A stretch of DNA of 55,249 nucleotides. Origin: Alistipes sp. (GTDB taxonomy: Bacteria; Bacteroidota; Bacteroidia; Bacteroidales; Rikenellaceae). The DNA lies in contig JAGCKG010000168.1 of NCBI GenBank assembly GCA_017647625.1, positions 1 to 55,249 on the forward strand. The letters run 5' to 3'. The translations under genes and the position numbers were made by a program. This document shows positions 8,181-18,621 of the stretch, piece after piece (the first letter of the stretch is position 1; every line of letters begins with the position of its first letter). The notes below the pieces were generated by a model. It was not told the DNA's origin. It searched no databases and saw only the letters and a program-made list of their open reading frames with translations.

Positions 8181-10568
8181 TTATTCGTAAGCATCTCTAA
8201 CACAGCGAATAGCGACATCCGAAACACTCCATTTATCATTTGCCTCCTTAACATTACTTGTATTCTTGGGGTTAAAGACAGGGCCGCTTGCACTCATATA
8301 GTAACCACCATTAAGCAAAAAGTCGATAGCATCTGCATTCTCACCATCACCACCCTGAAGATCCATAATAATCTTCAACTCCGCCTCAGTAGGTAGTCGC
8401 CAGTTGTCGTAGACCTCTACAGGAGCCTTCTTATCATCGTTCACATCATCCACCTCGACATAGTTCTTGCAGTGGTCAGCAAAGACAACCAACTTCTTCT
8501 TGGCACTCATACCACTAAGACCACTATACGTCGAAAGCACAGCACCAAGACGTGACGCGATGACGAATGATGGCGACACCAACTTAGCATTGTTATCATC
8601 GCCTGCGGTATATCCATATTCGTCAATATTTGGTCGGGCAAGGATGTAATCTTCGGAACTTGCCATCACTCGCACCTTGTAGTTACGCACATTGTGGGTC
8701 TCACAACTTGCTGTTTTCAGACTCCAACTTCTTGAATATGTAAAATAGTAGTAGTTAATTGCATACTTTCCGCCACTTGATGCATTGCCTCTAACCTTAG
8801 AACAGGTCCAACTCGAGTTACTTCCAGAATGATTATGGGAGTAGGTATAAGTAGCTGTTTTGTTAGTCTCATTAACAGAGTTAATTTTACTAATACTCAC
8901 AACGTGGTCTCCATAATACTGATATGTGGTTGGCGAGTCGCCAGAAGCCATTCCATTGGTGATATTTCTATCCCACGAATGTCCTCCCGTAGTACGATAG
9001 TAGTAGTCATCGCGATAGGAGTACCAAGGGAGCGAGTTTGTGATGTAGATAAGCGGATACTGCGCCACATCGATAATCTCTGTAAGACCCTCCTCGTTTT
9101 TGACCTGAAGTTGGAAGTAGCGGATAGTGTTATTTGTTGGAACAGCACTCTGAATACCGATATTTCCAGAGGTAGCAACAGGGTCAACAATACCCTTTAT
9201 GCTTCTCACCTCATCACTATTACTACCTAATGTTTTCTTTGTATTATACTTGTCAAAGTAGTAGGCACTTTCAGGAACATAAGTAACCGTAACAGGCGAC
9301 GAGGATGAGAAATATATCGACTCAAGATCTTCCTCATTGTCATACATTATGAGTTTATTCTTGTTTACCTTCAAATATTTCACTCCCGCCTCGCCACTGA
9401 CAGGAATATCCATAGTCTCCCACGGCGCAGTGAAATACTTAAGATCCTCAATCTCCTCAGGCGAGGTGTAGTCCTCAGCACCCGGCGCATTGAGCGTAAC
9501 ACGAAGGTCGTAGAGCGTATTACGCTTGATAAGGTGGTAACTATTCTCAAGATTATCACCCTCTCTCTTGCTAAACGAAATCTGATAGTAGTTGTTGATA
9601 TACTCTATAGGATCGCTATCCACATCCTCCTTATAACTTATTGGAAGCATCACAACCAACGACGTACCCTTATGGAAAATCTCGGAACTTAGCCAACTAT
9701 GAGAGTAGCAGTAAGCCGTAATCTGTAGTTTGTAGTCACCGTTGCCATCATCCAAAAGTTGGAAATAGGGGCTCTGCGATATTGTTGGTGTCATCCAGTA
9801 TGGGCGTAAGCCATTCTCATTATTAGGATAGCCACCCTCTGCAGTCAACGTGCTACGAACAGGCATATTACGCAAGAGATAACCCTGCGATTTAGCCATA
9901 AGGTCGGGCGAGAAGGTAACCTTATCACCGGGCTTGATGGTGACAATAATCTTTGCAGCAGCACGACGCAACGTAACCTTGAGGGTCACATCATCCGTAG
10001 TGCCGTCGTTGATAACTACACTACGACCCTGTGCGGGTTCACTGCTACCCATATACGCCACACCATCCATAAGGAACATCTGCGGATATTCGAAGTTCTG
10101 ATTACCGAAGTCGATGCCCGAGAGGTGTATCTTGTTGTTTGTCTGATCGAGTTTTAAGAATTTGTCGTGGTCGATAATACTTCCCGACTGATAGTAGACA
10201 CTCTCCGCCACATCGCTGTTGGCAATGACATATACCTTATACTTTGCATCAAGTTCGAAGTCTTCCTTTGTGCGATGAATGGTTGCAACACCATCAGGGG
10301 TATCCGAAACGCTCACTCGCTCCTGATAGAAGCCCTCGTATGACACACCGTCAGGCAACTGCTTGTAGATGATAACATCCAAGTGGCTGAGATACGACTC
10401 ACTCTCGTTGTCGGCAATAGTGCCACGTGTGTCGCCAAAAGGAGTGAAATAGAGTTTTATGTAGTTATCATTACCCACATATGAGATATCGTCGACCTCT
10501 GCGTGGCATCCTGCAAAGCCAAGCAGCGCGACAAGCGATATAATGTATGTTAGTATCTTTCTCATCAT
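8181..10568 (-). CDS. Type V pilus tip pilin with C-terminal C-type-lectin-like (DUF1566/Fib_succ_major-like) domain
   Basis: Lipobox FAGC, DTR|G, LRRAAAKI, IKRNTLYDL; C-terminal WRLPTEAEL...YYMSAS...AIRCVRD. Confidence 0.8.
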   Translation of the reverse strand: MMRKILTYIISLVALLGFAGCHAEVDDISYVGNDNYIKLYFTPFGDTRGTIADNESESYLSHLDVIIYKQLPDGVSYEGFYQERVSVSDTPDGVATIHRTKEDFELDAKYKVYVIANSDVAESVYYQSGSIIDHDKFLKLDQTNNKIHLSGIDFGNQNFEYPQMFLMDGVAYMGSSEPAQGRSVVINDGTTDDVTLKVTLRRAAAKIIVTIKPGDKVTFSPDLMAKSQGYLLRNMPVRSTLTAEGGYPNNENGLRPYWMTPTISQSPYFQLLDDGNGDYKLQITAYCYSHSWLSSEIFHKGTSLVVMLPISYKEDVDSDPIEYINNYYQISFSKREGDNLENSYHLIKRNTLYDLRVTLNAPGAEDYTSPEEIEDLKYFTAPWETMDIPVSGEAGVKYLKVNKNKLIMYDNEEDLESIYFSSSSPVTVTYVPESAYYFDKYNTKKTLGSNSDEVRSIKGIVDPVATSGNIGIQSAVPTNNTIRYFQLQVKNEEGLTEIIDVAQYPLIYITNSLPWYSYRDDYYYRTTGGHSWDRNITNGMASGDSPTTYQYYGDHVVSISKINSVNETNKTATYTYSHNHSGSNSSWTCSKVRGNASSGGKYAINYYYFTYSRSWSLKTASCETHNVRNYKVRVMASSEDYILARPNIDEYGYTAGDDNNAKLVSPSFVIASRLGAVLSTYSGLSGMSAKKKLVVFADHCKNYVEVDDVNDDKKAPVEVYDNWRLPTEAELKIIMDLQGGDGENADAIDFLLNGGYYMSASGPVFNPKNTSNVKEANDKWSVSDVAIRCVRDAYE

Positions 10569-10577
10569 TTCTTTATA

Positions 10578-12203
10578 TTACTCCTCAGAGGCATTCTGTA
10601 CCTGCTGTATATGCTTAATCTCAATAATCTTAGGGTTGTTACCACTATTTGGCCAGCGCAACGCATTGTACTCTCCGTTGATGAAGAGGTTGATATACTG
10701 GTTTGTCCACTCCTGATAGTATGACACACCAAGTTGAATTATTGTTTTGTCTGCGCCGTCACCACTAAGCGGGAATACCACAAGTTTGAACCACTCGTCC
10801 GCGCCACACGCAGGGAGGTTGCCCTGCAAAGATTCAACACCCGAATCGAATATAGGCTTACTCTCTTCCTCAAGATTCTTATCCACCTTGTACACCCTGA
10901 TACGATAGTTCTCCTTAGAGCCCATAAATCCTGGCTTCCACTGCACATTCAAAGGCGCAGTAATGCGGAAGTAACCCACAAAGGCTCCCGCCTCGAGGTT
11001 ATTTAGACCACCGAAGTACATCTCTGGCTGTGTGGAGATAATATAGTTGTCGAGTTGACTATTTCCCGCAGTAAGATAATGCTTTGGCACTATAGGGTTG
11101 AGGTATGTAGGGTATGAGATATCGTGCTCCTCATAATCCTTGCCCGTACCCCAATCTTCGGCATCCCAGTCGGCAACGTGGTACTCAAGCAGAAGGTTTG
11201 AACCTGCGATGCTCAAAATCTCGAACTCGTAGATATGGTTACGCACAATGCTGTAGTGGCTATTCTCCACTGGCGAGCCACCACTATACTGGCAGAACGA
11301 TATGGCATCCTCGAAATACTTATTCTCGCCACCTACGTTAAACTCAAGGCTTATCTTGTTGCGCTCGCCCGAGTAGTGGATATTATCGTACTCCGTAACG
11401 TAGAGATAGTAGTCACCACTCTCCTTATCCTCGACAAATGGCATATTGATAGCCGCGTGACGATATACTCTAATGCAGTTCTCCTGATCGAGTTGACGCG
11501 TATTAGAGATCTGCGACCAACCCGATGGAAGCACATATCCCGTCTGGTTGTAGTACTTCAAAGTGGCACTATTTATGGCAACCGCACCCTTGTTTTTCAA
11601 CTCGTTGCTTAGCTTAACCTCGACCTTCGCTGCGGCACGCAATAGCGATATAATACCCAAATCGAGGTTTCTGCCATCGAGCAATGGTCTCACATCCTTA
11701 ACCGTAACGCCCCACATAGGTATCGCCGACTCCTCATTTGCGGGGTCAAGTTGCGACTGGCTATAGGTGATATACTCCTCACCGCTGAGGTTACTACCGC
11801 TGTTGGCAAGCACCATAAACCTATAGTCAAGGTTTGACGTGCCAAAGGCGTTGATATGGTCGACAAACTCCACAGGCATCTTACCCATAAACTGGAACTC
11901 GGTGTGCGACTCGTTAACAGGCCAGTATGTGACATCGTCAATCTGACCCAAGCGAGTGCCGTCGCTGGCAAATACCACCATATACAACTTTTCGGGGTCG
12001 ATGCGGTAGTCGAACGGCACACCCACCTCCGATGGATACTCCTCGCTCCACGATGCTCGGGTGCGCTGACCCTCAACAGAGACTGTGAAGATAATCTCGT
12101 GTGGCTCATCGGCAGATATGAAGCATCTCTCCCCATCGAAAATGCACGATGCGGATAGAATGCCCACCAAGAGCAACATTAGATATTTCACAAACTCTCT
12201 CAC
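10578..12203 (-). CDS. Type V pilus minor pilin lipoprotein
   Basis: Lipobox SASC, RTR|A, IPMWG, LLRAAAKVEV, IVRNHIYEF. Confidence 0.8.
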   Translation of the reverse strand: MREFVKYLMLLLVGILSASCIFDGERCFISADEPHEIIFTVSVEGQRTRASWSEEYPSEVGVPFDYRIDPEKLYMVVFASDGTRLGQIDDVTYWPVNESHTEFQFMGKMPVEFVDHINAFGTSNLDYRFMVLANSGSNLSGEEYITYSQSQLDPANEESAIPMWGVTVKDVRPLLDGRNLDLGIISLLRAAAKVEVKLSNELKNKGAVAINSATLKYYNQTGYVLPSGWSQISNTRQLDQENCIRVYRHAAINMPFVEDKESGDYYLYVTEYDNIHYSGERNKISLEFNVGGENKYFEDAISFCQYSGGSPVENSHYSIVRNHIYEFEILSIAGSNLLLEYHVADWDAEDWGTGKDYEEHDISYPTYLNPIVPKHYLTAGNSQLDNYIISTQPEMYFGGLNNLEAGAFVGYFRITAPLNVQWKPGFMGSKENYRIRVYKVDKNLEEESKPIFDSGVESLQGNLPACGADEWFKLVVFPLSGDGADKTIIQLGVSYYQEWTNQYINLFINGEYNALRWPNSGNNPKIIEIKHIQQVQNASEE

Positions 12204-12221
12204 GCTATATTACTATAGGTA

Positions 12222-13250
12222 TTAGTTCAATTCTGCATTGTTTATCACAACTCTCCACGAGTTGATAAGGATATAGGCATCCAACCATACACCCTCGTCG
12301 AGGAAGAAGGTCAAGGTGTACTCATCCTGACGGTCGAGATACTCCTGATTGCCCATACTCTCGTTATGGTAACCCTTCACAAGCAAGGCATACTCCGCCA
12401 AAGGAAGGCTCGCTACCATCTCGCCTGTTAGGCGGTTTTTGATATATAGCATTGGCGACTTATCCGCCCTCATACGTCCTATTGTAAGTTCTGCAAGGGC
12501 AACACTTATCGATGTTATAGCCCTGCTCTCCTCCACATCGGCACTACCCGTCTCCTGATACCACGCCGAGTATGTTATATCCTCATCCGCGAGGAGCGTG
12601 TTATCCCAGTCGTATAGACCGTTGTTATCCTTAATCTCGAAGATATACTGATCGGCATCCATCTGCTGTCCCGACATCTCGTGGAGCAGGATACGCACCG
12701 AGTTTGTATTCTTCTTTAGCGACATTGTATGTCGGTATGTACCATCTTCGTCGCTCACCTCGATAGGCATCGAGCCGTGATACAACGGAAGAAGGTCCTC
12801 ATCAACAACAGCCTCGCCGTTGTCGTTATACTTGCGGTGCATCTTCACCTGCACCTCCTCAATTTTTGTCTCGCCGACCTTTGCCTCTGCGAGCAGGTCG
12901 AACGACTCCTCGTTCATCAGTCCGCCCCACGCCAAAAGATTATACTTTCCTGGAGCGAGTTCCAACGGTATCTCAAACTTTTCCTTTGAGAGTTCCTCCT
13001 TATCTGTGGCGGTGGTATACTCGACAAGAACACCGTTCTCGTCGAAGACGTAGAGTGCAACAGAATTTACCTCGTTGGCAAAGGCGTTTGCAAACTTTAT
13101 ATTGTAGTCGTATTTGAAACTAATATAGACACCACAATCTCCTTGGCCATCGAAGATGTTAAGCCCATCATTGCACGAAGATGTTGCCAACATCGCCACC
13201 ACCATAGCCGATGCAAGAGCAATTCTTCTGAATATATGCACTCTATTCAT
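12222..13250 (-). CDS. FimB/Mfa2-family anchor pilin lipoprotein
   Basis: Lipobox TSSC, YDYN...ANEVNSVALYVFDENG, EYLDRQDEY, INSWRVV; no N-terminal TRA processing site. Confidence 0.88.
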   Translation of the reverse strand: MNRVHIFRRIALASAMVVAMLATSSCNDGLNIFDGQGDCGVYISFKYDYNIKFANAFANEVNSVALYVFDENGVLVEYTTATDKEELSKEKFEIPLELAPGKYNLLAWGGLMNEESFDLLAEAKVGETKIEEVQVKMHRKYNDNGEAVVDEDLLPLYHGSMPIEVSDEDGTYRHTMSLKKNTNSVRILLHEMSGQQMDADQYIFEIKDNNGLYDWDNTLLADEDITYSAWYQETGSADVEESRAITSISVALAELTIGRMRADKSPMLYIKNRLTGEMVASLPLAEYALLVKGYHNESMGNQEYLDRQDEYTLTFFLDEGVWLDAYILINSWRVVINNAELN

Positions 13251-13295
13251 TTTTATTAAGTTTTATTATCTGCGGGTCTCCCCAACTTTTTTTAA

Positions 13296-13330
13296 AAGGG
13301 GTCGTCGAGCAAGTCGCCAGGCGACCCCTT
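13296..13330 (-). terminator. Internal hairpin/terminator between the major pilins and the anchor/minor pilins
   Basis: On the minus strand, stem AAGGGGTCGCC/GACGACCCCTT followed by TT, inside a 200-nt spacer. Confidence 0.55.
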
Positions 13331-13448
13331 GGAGGTATGTTCTACATATTCGAGACGATTTCAAGTTGCACTAAACAATCTCAAAACCACCCAAAACCCA
13401 TATTAACAATGATAACTTATTTACTTTTTGAGAACACACCTTTTTTTA

Positions 13449-15200
13449 TTACTGCTCGATATTTACGCCCTGCTTAACAACCTTCCAAGAGAGAACATTG
13501 ATACGAGCAGCAACATAAGACTCCTTATCATCATCTTTTGGATACTCTGGCTTCTCAACAACGTGCGCGAAACCGCTATAACCAGGAGAGCCATAGCCCT
13601 TGATTGACTGAATATCAATCTGATATACGTGGTTACGAACTACACCATAATATGCAGTCTTGTTTTTATCCTTACCAAGATGCTCGATATCTACGATATA
13701 GTAAGTGTCACCACTCTCATACAAAACAGCAGGCTCTACCGTAGCAAGATGCGCATTAGTCTTGATTGCATTATCACCGGCAACACCTGAATCACCGAAT
13801 ATCTGATGACCACCAGCAGAACTATACTTATACCAAGTCAAACCTTGAGCAGCATTTGTAAGCTGGAAACCTACCTCATAAGCAGCCTTGCCAATTGTCT
13901 CACCGTGAACGACCTGAATATGATCTGGTGTAATAGATAGATACTTTGGTGACTCTGGATTATTCGAATCGTATGCTGGATTATCATAGAATACAGTGTA
14001 CGCAAGAGAATTTGCTACCGCAGTCTTTAGATCATCCTCACCAGCATACTCGTTGCCATACCAACGAGCAAGCTCAAGTGTCTTATAACCCTCACCATCC
14101 TGCTCTACAAGGCGACCCTTAAGAATAACCTTTGTACGAACATCATTAGTTGTCCAATCAAGAGTATTCTCACCACAGTATGCGTAAGTACCAGCAGCAT
14201 AAGATGCATCTGCTGCAACCTTATAGCCATACTCAGTAGGAAGACCATTTGCTGTAGCATATGACCAAGCGAATGTATCGTTAGTAGTACGAACATTCAT
14301 TGTCTCTGCCCAATAGCTACGGAAATATGGAGAGTCATTCCAAGTAAGACCTAAAACATTAACATCCCAGTTCTCAATGCTTTTGATAATATTTGTCTTA
14401 TCAAACTCATTATATAGCTCCCAACCAAGTAGCTCTACATATACTTTACGAGCGACATCATCAACTGGTGTAAATTCAGACTCTGTAGCTACCTCAAAGC
14501 GATTATCAGCTGCTGTTGTAGTAACAACAACCTTTGCTGCTGTACGCTCAACATAGATCTCAACTGGAGCAGCCTTAGCATCGTCAGCTGTTGTCTTAAT
14601 ATTACCCTCTGCTATAGGTGTAGCAACCATAATATTCTCGCCATTGAGATATACAGAGTTACTCATAACATAACCATTGGCATCGTTACCAAGAGAGTTC
14701 TCTTCGACTATATTCTGAAGATCTGCCAAAGTATATGCACGGTCATCTGGAGTCCAGTTAAGAACAGCCACAACCTGCTTAGGATGGATACCCTTATATG
14801 TCTGCAAAACCAAAACAGCCTGTGAGATATCCGACACATTTACATCCTCACCACCCTCTTTCTGCATTGGTGTGATGTTAAGTTGCAAGTAGTTCTTAGT
14901 ACCACCAGGAGCTGTAGCAGGAGCACCCAACAAATTAAAAGGACTACCATTCTCATCGAAGAAGAAGAAGTAAGCTCTCTTTACAGCACGCTCAGCATCA
15001 GTACCATCCTCGTAGCCACCATCTTTAGGATTAGTTGTATCCTGAGCGCGTGAGTCTACATCTGCCGCCATTAGGTTGATAGCGATATAAGACTCCTCAA
15101 CCTCGCCGTTGTGGTGTGGCTTATTACCTGCGTTAAGATCATCCTTTGCGCACGATGCCATACCAAGAAGTGCTAACGCGATAAATAAATACTTTTTCAT
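13449..15200 (-). CDS. FimA/Mfa1-like major pilin, paralogue 3
   Basis: ATG at 15200 (MKKYLFIAL...ASC), SR|A, YVMSNSVY, IYVERTAAKV, YGVVRNHVY, INVLSWKVV. Confidence 0.88.
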   Translation of the reverse strand: MKKYLFIALALLGMASCAKDDLNAGNKPHHNGEVEESYIAINLMAADVDSRAQDTTNPKDGGYEDGTDAERAVKRAYFFFFDENGSPFNLLGAPATAPGGTKNYLQLNITPMQKEGGEDVNVSDISQAVLVLQTYKGIHPKQVVAVLNWTPDDRAYTLADLQNIVEENSLGNDANGYVMSNSVYLNGENIMVATPIAEGNIKTTADDAKAAPVEIYVERTAAKVVVTTTAADNRFEVATESEFTPVDDVARKVYVELLGWELYNEFDKTNIIKSIENWDVNVLGLTWNDSPYFRSYWAETMNVRTTNDTFAWSYATANGLPTEYGYKVAADASYAAGTYAYCGENTLDWTTNDVRTKVILKGRLVEQDGEGYKTLELARWYGNEYAGEDDLKTAVANSLAYTVFYDNPAYDSNNPESPKYLSITPDHIQVVHGETIGKAAYEVGFQLTNAAQGLTWYKYSSAGGHQIFGDSGVAGDNAIKTNAHLATVEPAVLYESGDTYYIVDIEHLGKDKNKTAYYGVVRNHVYQIDIQSIKGYGSPGYSGFAHVVEKPEYPKDDDKESYVAARINVLSWKVVKQGVNIEQ

Positions 15201-15282
15201 ATCTGTATTTGTTAATTTTAATTCGTAACCATCTACCTTAGCGTTATTCAGCATTGCGATAACCTTAGGTAGATAATTCCAT

Positions 15283-16920
15283 CTATTCTACATTATATTC
15301 ATTCTTTACAACTCGCCAAGAGAGAATGCGCACCTCTGCAGCCACATAGCTACTAACGCTCTCTGGGGTCTCTGGGGTCTCGATATTGGTGTCGCCATCG
15401 AAGACGGGCGTTCCCAAGCCAGATATATTGGAGATATTTACCTTATATATATGGTTGCGAACGACACCAAATGCCGAGTCAGAACCTGCGCTACCCAAGT
15501 GCTTGATGTCGGTATAGTAGTAGGTCATACCATTCTTATAGAGCATAGCAGGCTCAACCTCCACAAGGCGGGCGTTCACGACCTCATCCGAAACAGCCAC
15601 ATAACCCTCTGCGGACGAGAATGTAAACCACTCCTTAACCAAAGCCTCATCCGAGAGCTGGAAGAAGACCTCGTATGCCTCAACATCGGCATCCTGTGGT
15701 GCTTCGTTGCCCTCAACAGCCTTGATATCGGTTGCGCCAATACCCTTATACTCGCCACCCTCGAAGTAGTACAACTCCGAAGATAGCAACGATGCTATCT
15801 CACTGCGAACAGCGACCTCGCCATTATACCTATGACCATACCATATAGCCACCTCCACAGGCTCGCCACTCTCCTTAACGAGTTGCGCCTTAACAACCAC
15901 CTTAGTGCGTGGGTTAGAGGTAATATTGCCCTCGCTGTCGGTGACCGCAGGGCGGGTGTTCTCACCACAGTAGGCTACATCGGCATTAGGAGCAAAGCCA
16001 TCGGTCCAGTTGAAGTGGTTGTCGGCAGGGAAGCTACCCACATATGATGCCGCCCAGTATGAGCGATATCTGAGAGGATCGTTCCATAGGAAGCCTATCT
16101 CGCCGGCCATACCCCAAGTTTCGGGATAGATGTGCTTGAGCAAGATAGAGTGACGATAGTCGTTGTAGAGGTCCCATTTCAACACCTTGGCGTATATTGC
16201 CACGTCATCGACCGATGTCTCGATGTCGTATGTAGCCTCCTTATCGGCAACATTACCCTTTGCCACGACCTCAACCTTTGCCGAGATACGCTCAACATAT
16301 ATCTCTACAGGTTTCTGCTTCGCCTCATCTGCCGATTTTGCGATATTCGCGATGGTGAGCGGTGTGGCATATATAGCCTTGCCCTGCATATCGGCATATA
16401 CCGAGTTACTCATCACAAAGTGATCGTTGTCGTTGCGGATGTTAGCAAGCACGTTGTAGAGATTGTTCAGCGTATATGTTGACTGAATATGCTTTGTATC
16501 CCAGTTCAACACCGCTACGATGTATGCGGGATACTCTCCCTTGTAGTTATCGAATATAAGTACCTTATCCTTAACATCAGAGACGTTAGGACCCTCATTT
16601 GCCTCGCCACTCTCCTCTGGCTGTGTGCCACCACTTTTAATGTCGAACGAGAGGTAGTTCTTACCGCCCGTACCATTTACTGGGAAGGCATCACCGTTGT
16701 GTTTGAATAGGAAGAAATGGGCATTATCCACATAACGCTCATCAGCCTCACCATACTCAAACTCATCGCCAGCACGAGTGCTATCGTCAGACTTTAGGGT
16801 CACAGATATATACGACCTCTCCAGTTCCCCCTTTTCAACAGGGGAAACTGGCTCGGTCGCCTTATCCGAACATCCCAATAAGCCCAACACGGCAAATATT
16901 ATAAATGAAAATCTTTTCAT
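15283..16920 (-). CDS. FimA/Mfa1-like major pilin, paralogue 2
   Basis: Lipobox LLGC, TR|A, FVMSNSVY, IYVERISAKV, FGVVRNHIY, VRILSWRVV. Confidence 0.88.
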   Translation of the reverse strand: MKRFSFIIFAVLGLLGCSDKATEPVSPVEKGELERSYISVTLKSDDSTRAGDEFEYGEADERYVDNAHFFLFKHNGDAFPVNGTGGKNYLSFDIKSGGTQPEESGEANEGPNVSDVKDKVLIFDNYKGEYPAYIVAVLNWDTKHIQSTYTLNNLYNVLANIRNDNDHFVMSNSVYADMQGKAIYATPLTIANIAKSADEAKQKPVEIYVERISAKVEVVAKGNVADKEATYDIETSVDDVAIYAKVLKWDLYNDYRHSILLKHIYPETWGMAGEIGFLWNDPLRYRSYWAASYVGSFPADNHFNWTDGFAPNADVAYCGENTRPAVTDSEGNITSNPRTKVVVKAQLVKESGEPVEVAIWYGHRYNGEVAVRSEIASLLSSELYYFEGGEYKGIGATDIKAVEGNEAPQDADVEAYEVFFQLSDEALVKEWFTFSSAEGYVAVSDEVVNARLVEVEPAMLYKNGMTYYYTDIKHLGSAGSDSAFGVVRNHIYKVNISNISGLGTPVFDGDTNIETPETPESVSSYVAAEVRILSWRVVKNEYNVE

Positions 16921-16945
16921 CTCGGATGTTAAAAGGGTCGGTTAA

Positions 16946-18556
16946 TTAGTTAAGCTGATAATCACGCTCAACAACTCTCCAAGTAAGGATGTTGATCTGA
17001 GCAGCTACATAAGTGTCGATATCAACTGGCTTATCAGGAGTCTCGAACTCGATGTTCTCATTGTAAACAGGAGTACCGTAACCCTCGATCTTAGTGATGT
17101 TTACGCGGTAGATGTGGTTACGAACAACACCATAGTAACCTGGCATACCCTCGATATCGCTAATGTGGCGGATATCGGTGTAGTAGTAAGTCATACCGTT
17201 CTTGTAAACGTGTGCTGGCTGAACCTCAGTAAGTTCGCGGTTAAGAGTATCGATATCGATTGTATCGTACTTGCTATCAGAATACTTGTACCACTGCTCG
17301 CCCTTCATGCTCTGTGCGATACCGAAGTACACCTCGTAGGCATTCTCCTCACTTGGATTACGAACGATGCACTCAAGGTCCTTAGGCTCGATACCTACAT
17401 ACTTAGAATCAACGAGTTTGTAATAAGTAGTGTTAAGAGTGTTAGCAACAACGATCTTAAGGTGATCCTCACCGATGTAGTCCTTACCCCACCAGTTAAC
17501 AACCTCAACAGGAGTTACGCCGTCCTCCTTTACAAGACGAGCCTTAACGATAACCTTTGTACGAACATCGTTAGCCTCTGTCCACTCGCGAGTGTTCTCA
17601 CCCATATACTTGCAACCGCCAACTTCAACGTTATCAGTACCCCAAGCAAATTTGTTTGCAGGGAACTCTGTATCAAGTGAAGTAGCCCAGAATGAACGGT
17701 AGCGACCAGACTCGTTCCAGTTGAAACCAAGAACAGAATCACCCAAAGTCCAAGTTGGGTTAATCTTCTTTACCAACCAAGACTCCTCATAGTCATTGTA
17801 AAGCTCGAAGCCCTCAATCTTAGCGTAAACCTCAGTTACCTCAGGAGTACCGTTACCAGTATCTACAGTATCCTCGATTGTACGGTTGATGTTGAACAAT
17901 TGACCGTTTGTTGTAGCTGGGTACTCAACCTTAGCAGCAACACGCTCAACGTGGATAGTGATAGGGTTAGCCTTTGCTGCAGCAGCAGACTTAGCGATGT
18001 TAGCCTCAGTAACAGCAACAGCGTCTACAACCTCAGTGTTACCATTGAGATATACAGAGTTGCTCATTACATAACCGTCTACATCATCACCCAATGCAGA
18101 AACCTCAGCCTTAAGATCTGCAAGAGAGTAAGCCTTGTTCGCTGGTTTCCAGTTAAGAACAGCAACTACGTGTGTAGGATACTCACCCTTATAGTTCTCA
18201 AGAACAAGAACTGCATCCTTAATATCAGAAACGTTGTCCCAAGCCTGACCGTTAGCACCTGCGTTAATCTCTGATGCTACGTTAACATAGTTAACCGCAC
18301 CTGGGTGAGACTCCTTGTTAGTAACGGTGAAAGCCTCACCATTCTGGAAGAAGAATACATAAGCAGAATTAACAGCGCGCTCCTCTGGAGTACCCTCAGC
18401 GTAGACGTCAGCACGTGTTACATCATTTGCAGTGAAAGTTACAGCCACATAAGACTGCTCTGTCTCACCATTGTTTGCAGGGACGTTAGTCTCTGCCTTC
18501 TCAGCGCAAGCAGCAAAACCCAATGCTGCAAGTGCAATAAATAAATGCTTTTTCAT
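16946..18556 (-). CDS. FimA/Mfa1-like major pilin, paralogue 1
   Basis: Lipobox FAAC, TR|A, YVMSNSVY, IHVERVAAKV, YGVVRNHIY, INILTWRVV. Confidence 0.88.
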   Translation of the reverse strand: MKKHLFIALAALGFAACAEKAETNVPANNGETEQSYVAVTFTANDVTRADVYAEGTPEERAVNSAYVFFFQNGEAFTVTNKESHPGAVNYVNVASEINAGANGQAWDNVSDIKDAVLVLENYKGEYPTHVVAVLNWKPANKAYSLADLKAEVSALGDDVDGYVMSNSVYLNGNTEVVDAVAVTEANIAKSAAAAKANPITIHVERVAAKVEYPATTNGQLFNINRTIEDTVDTGNGTPEVTEVYAKIEGFELYNDYEESWLVKKINPTWTLGDSVLGFNWNESGRYRSFWATSLDTEFPANKFAWGTDNVEVGGCKYMGENTREWTEANDVRTKVIVKARLVKEDGVTPVEVVNWWGKDYIGEDHLKIVVANTLNTTYYKLVDSKYVGIEPKDLECIVRNPSEENAYEVYFGIAQSMKGEQWYKYSDSKYDTIDIDTLNRELTEVQPAHVYKNGMTYYYTDIRHISDIEGMPGYYGVVRNHIYRVNITKIEGYGTPVYNENIEFETPDKPVDIDTYVAAQINILTWRVVERDYQLN

Positions 18557-18621
18557 AAAAATTGAAAATTAAGTTAATAAATAAATTATTGTTTGTTAAT
18601 TAGTTAATTGTTTATTTTTTG

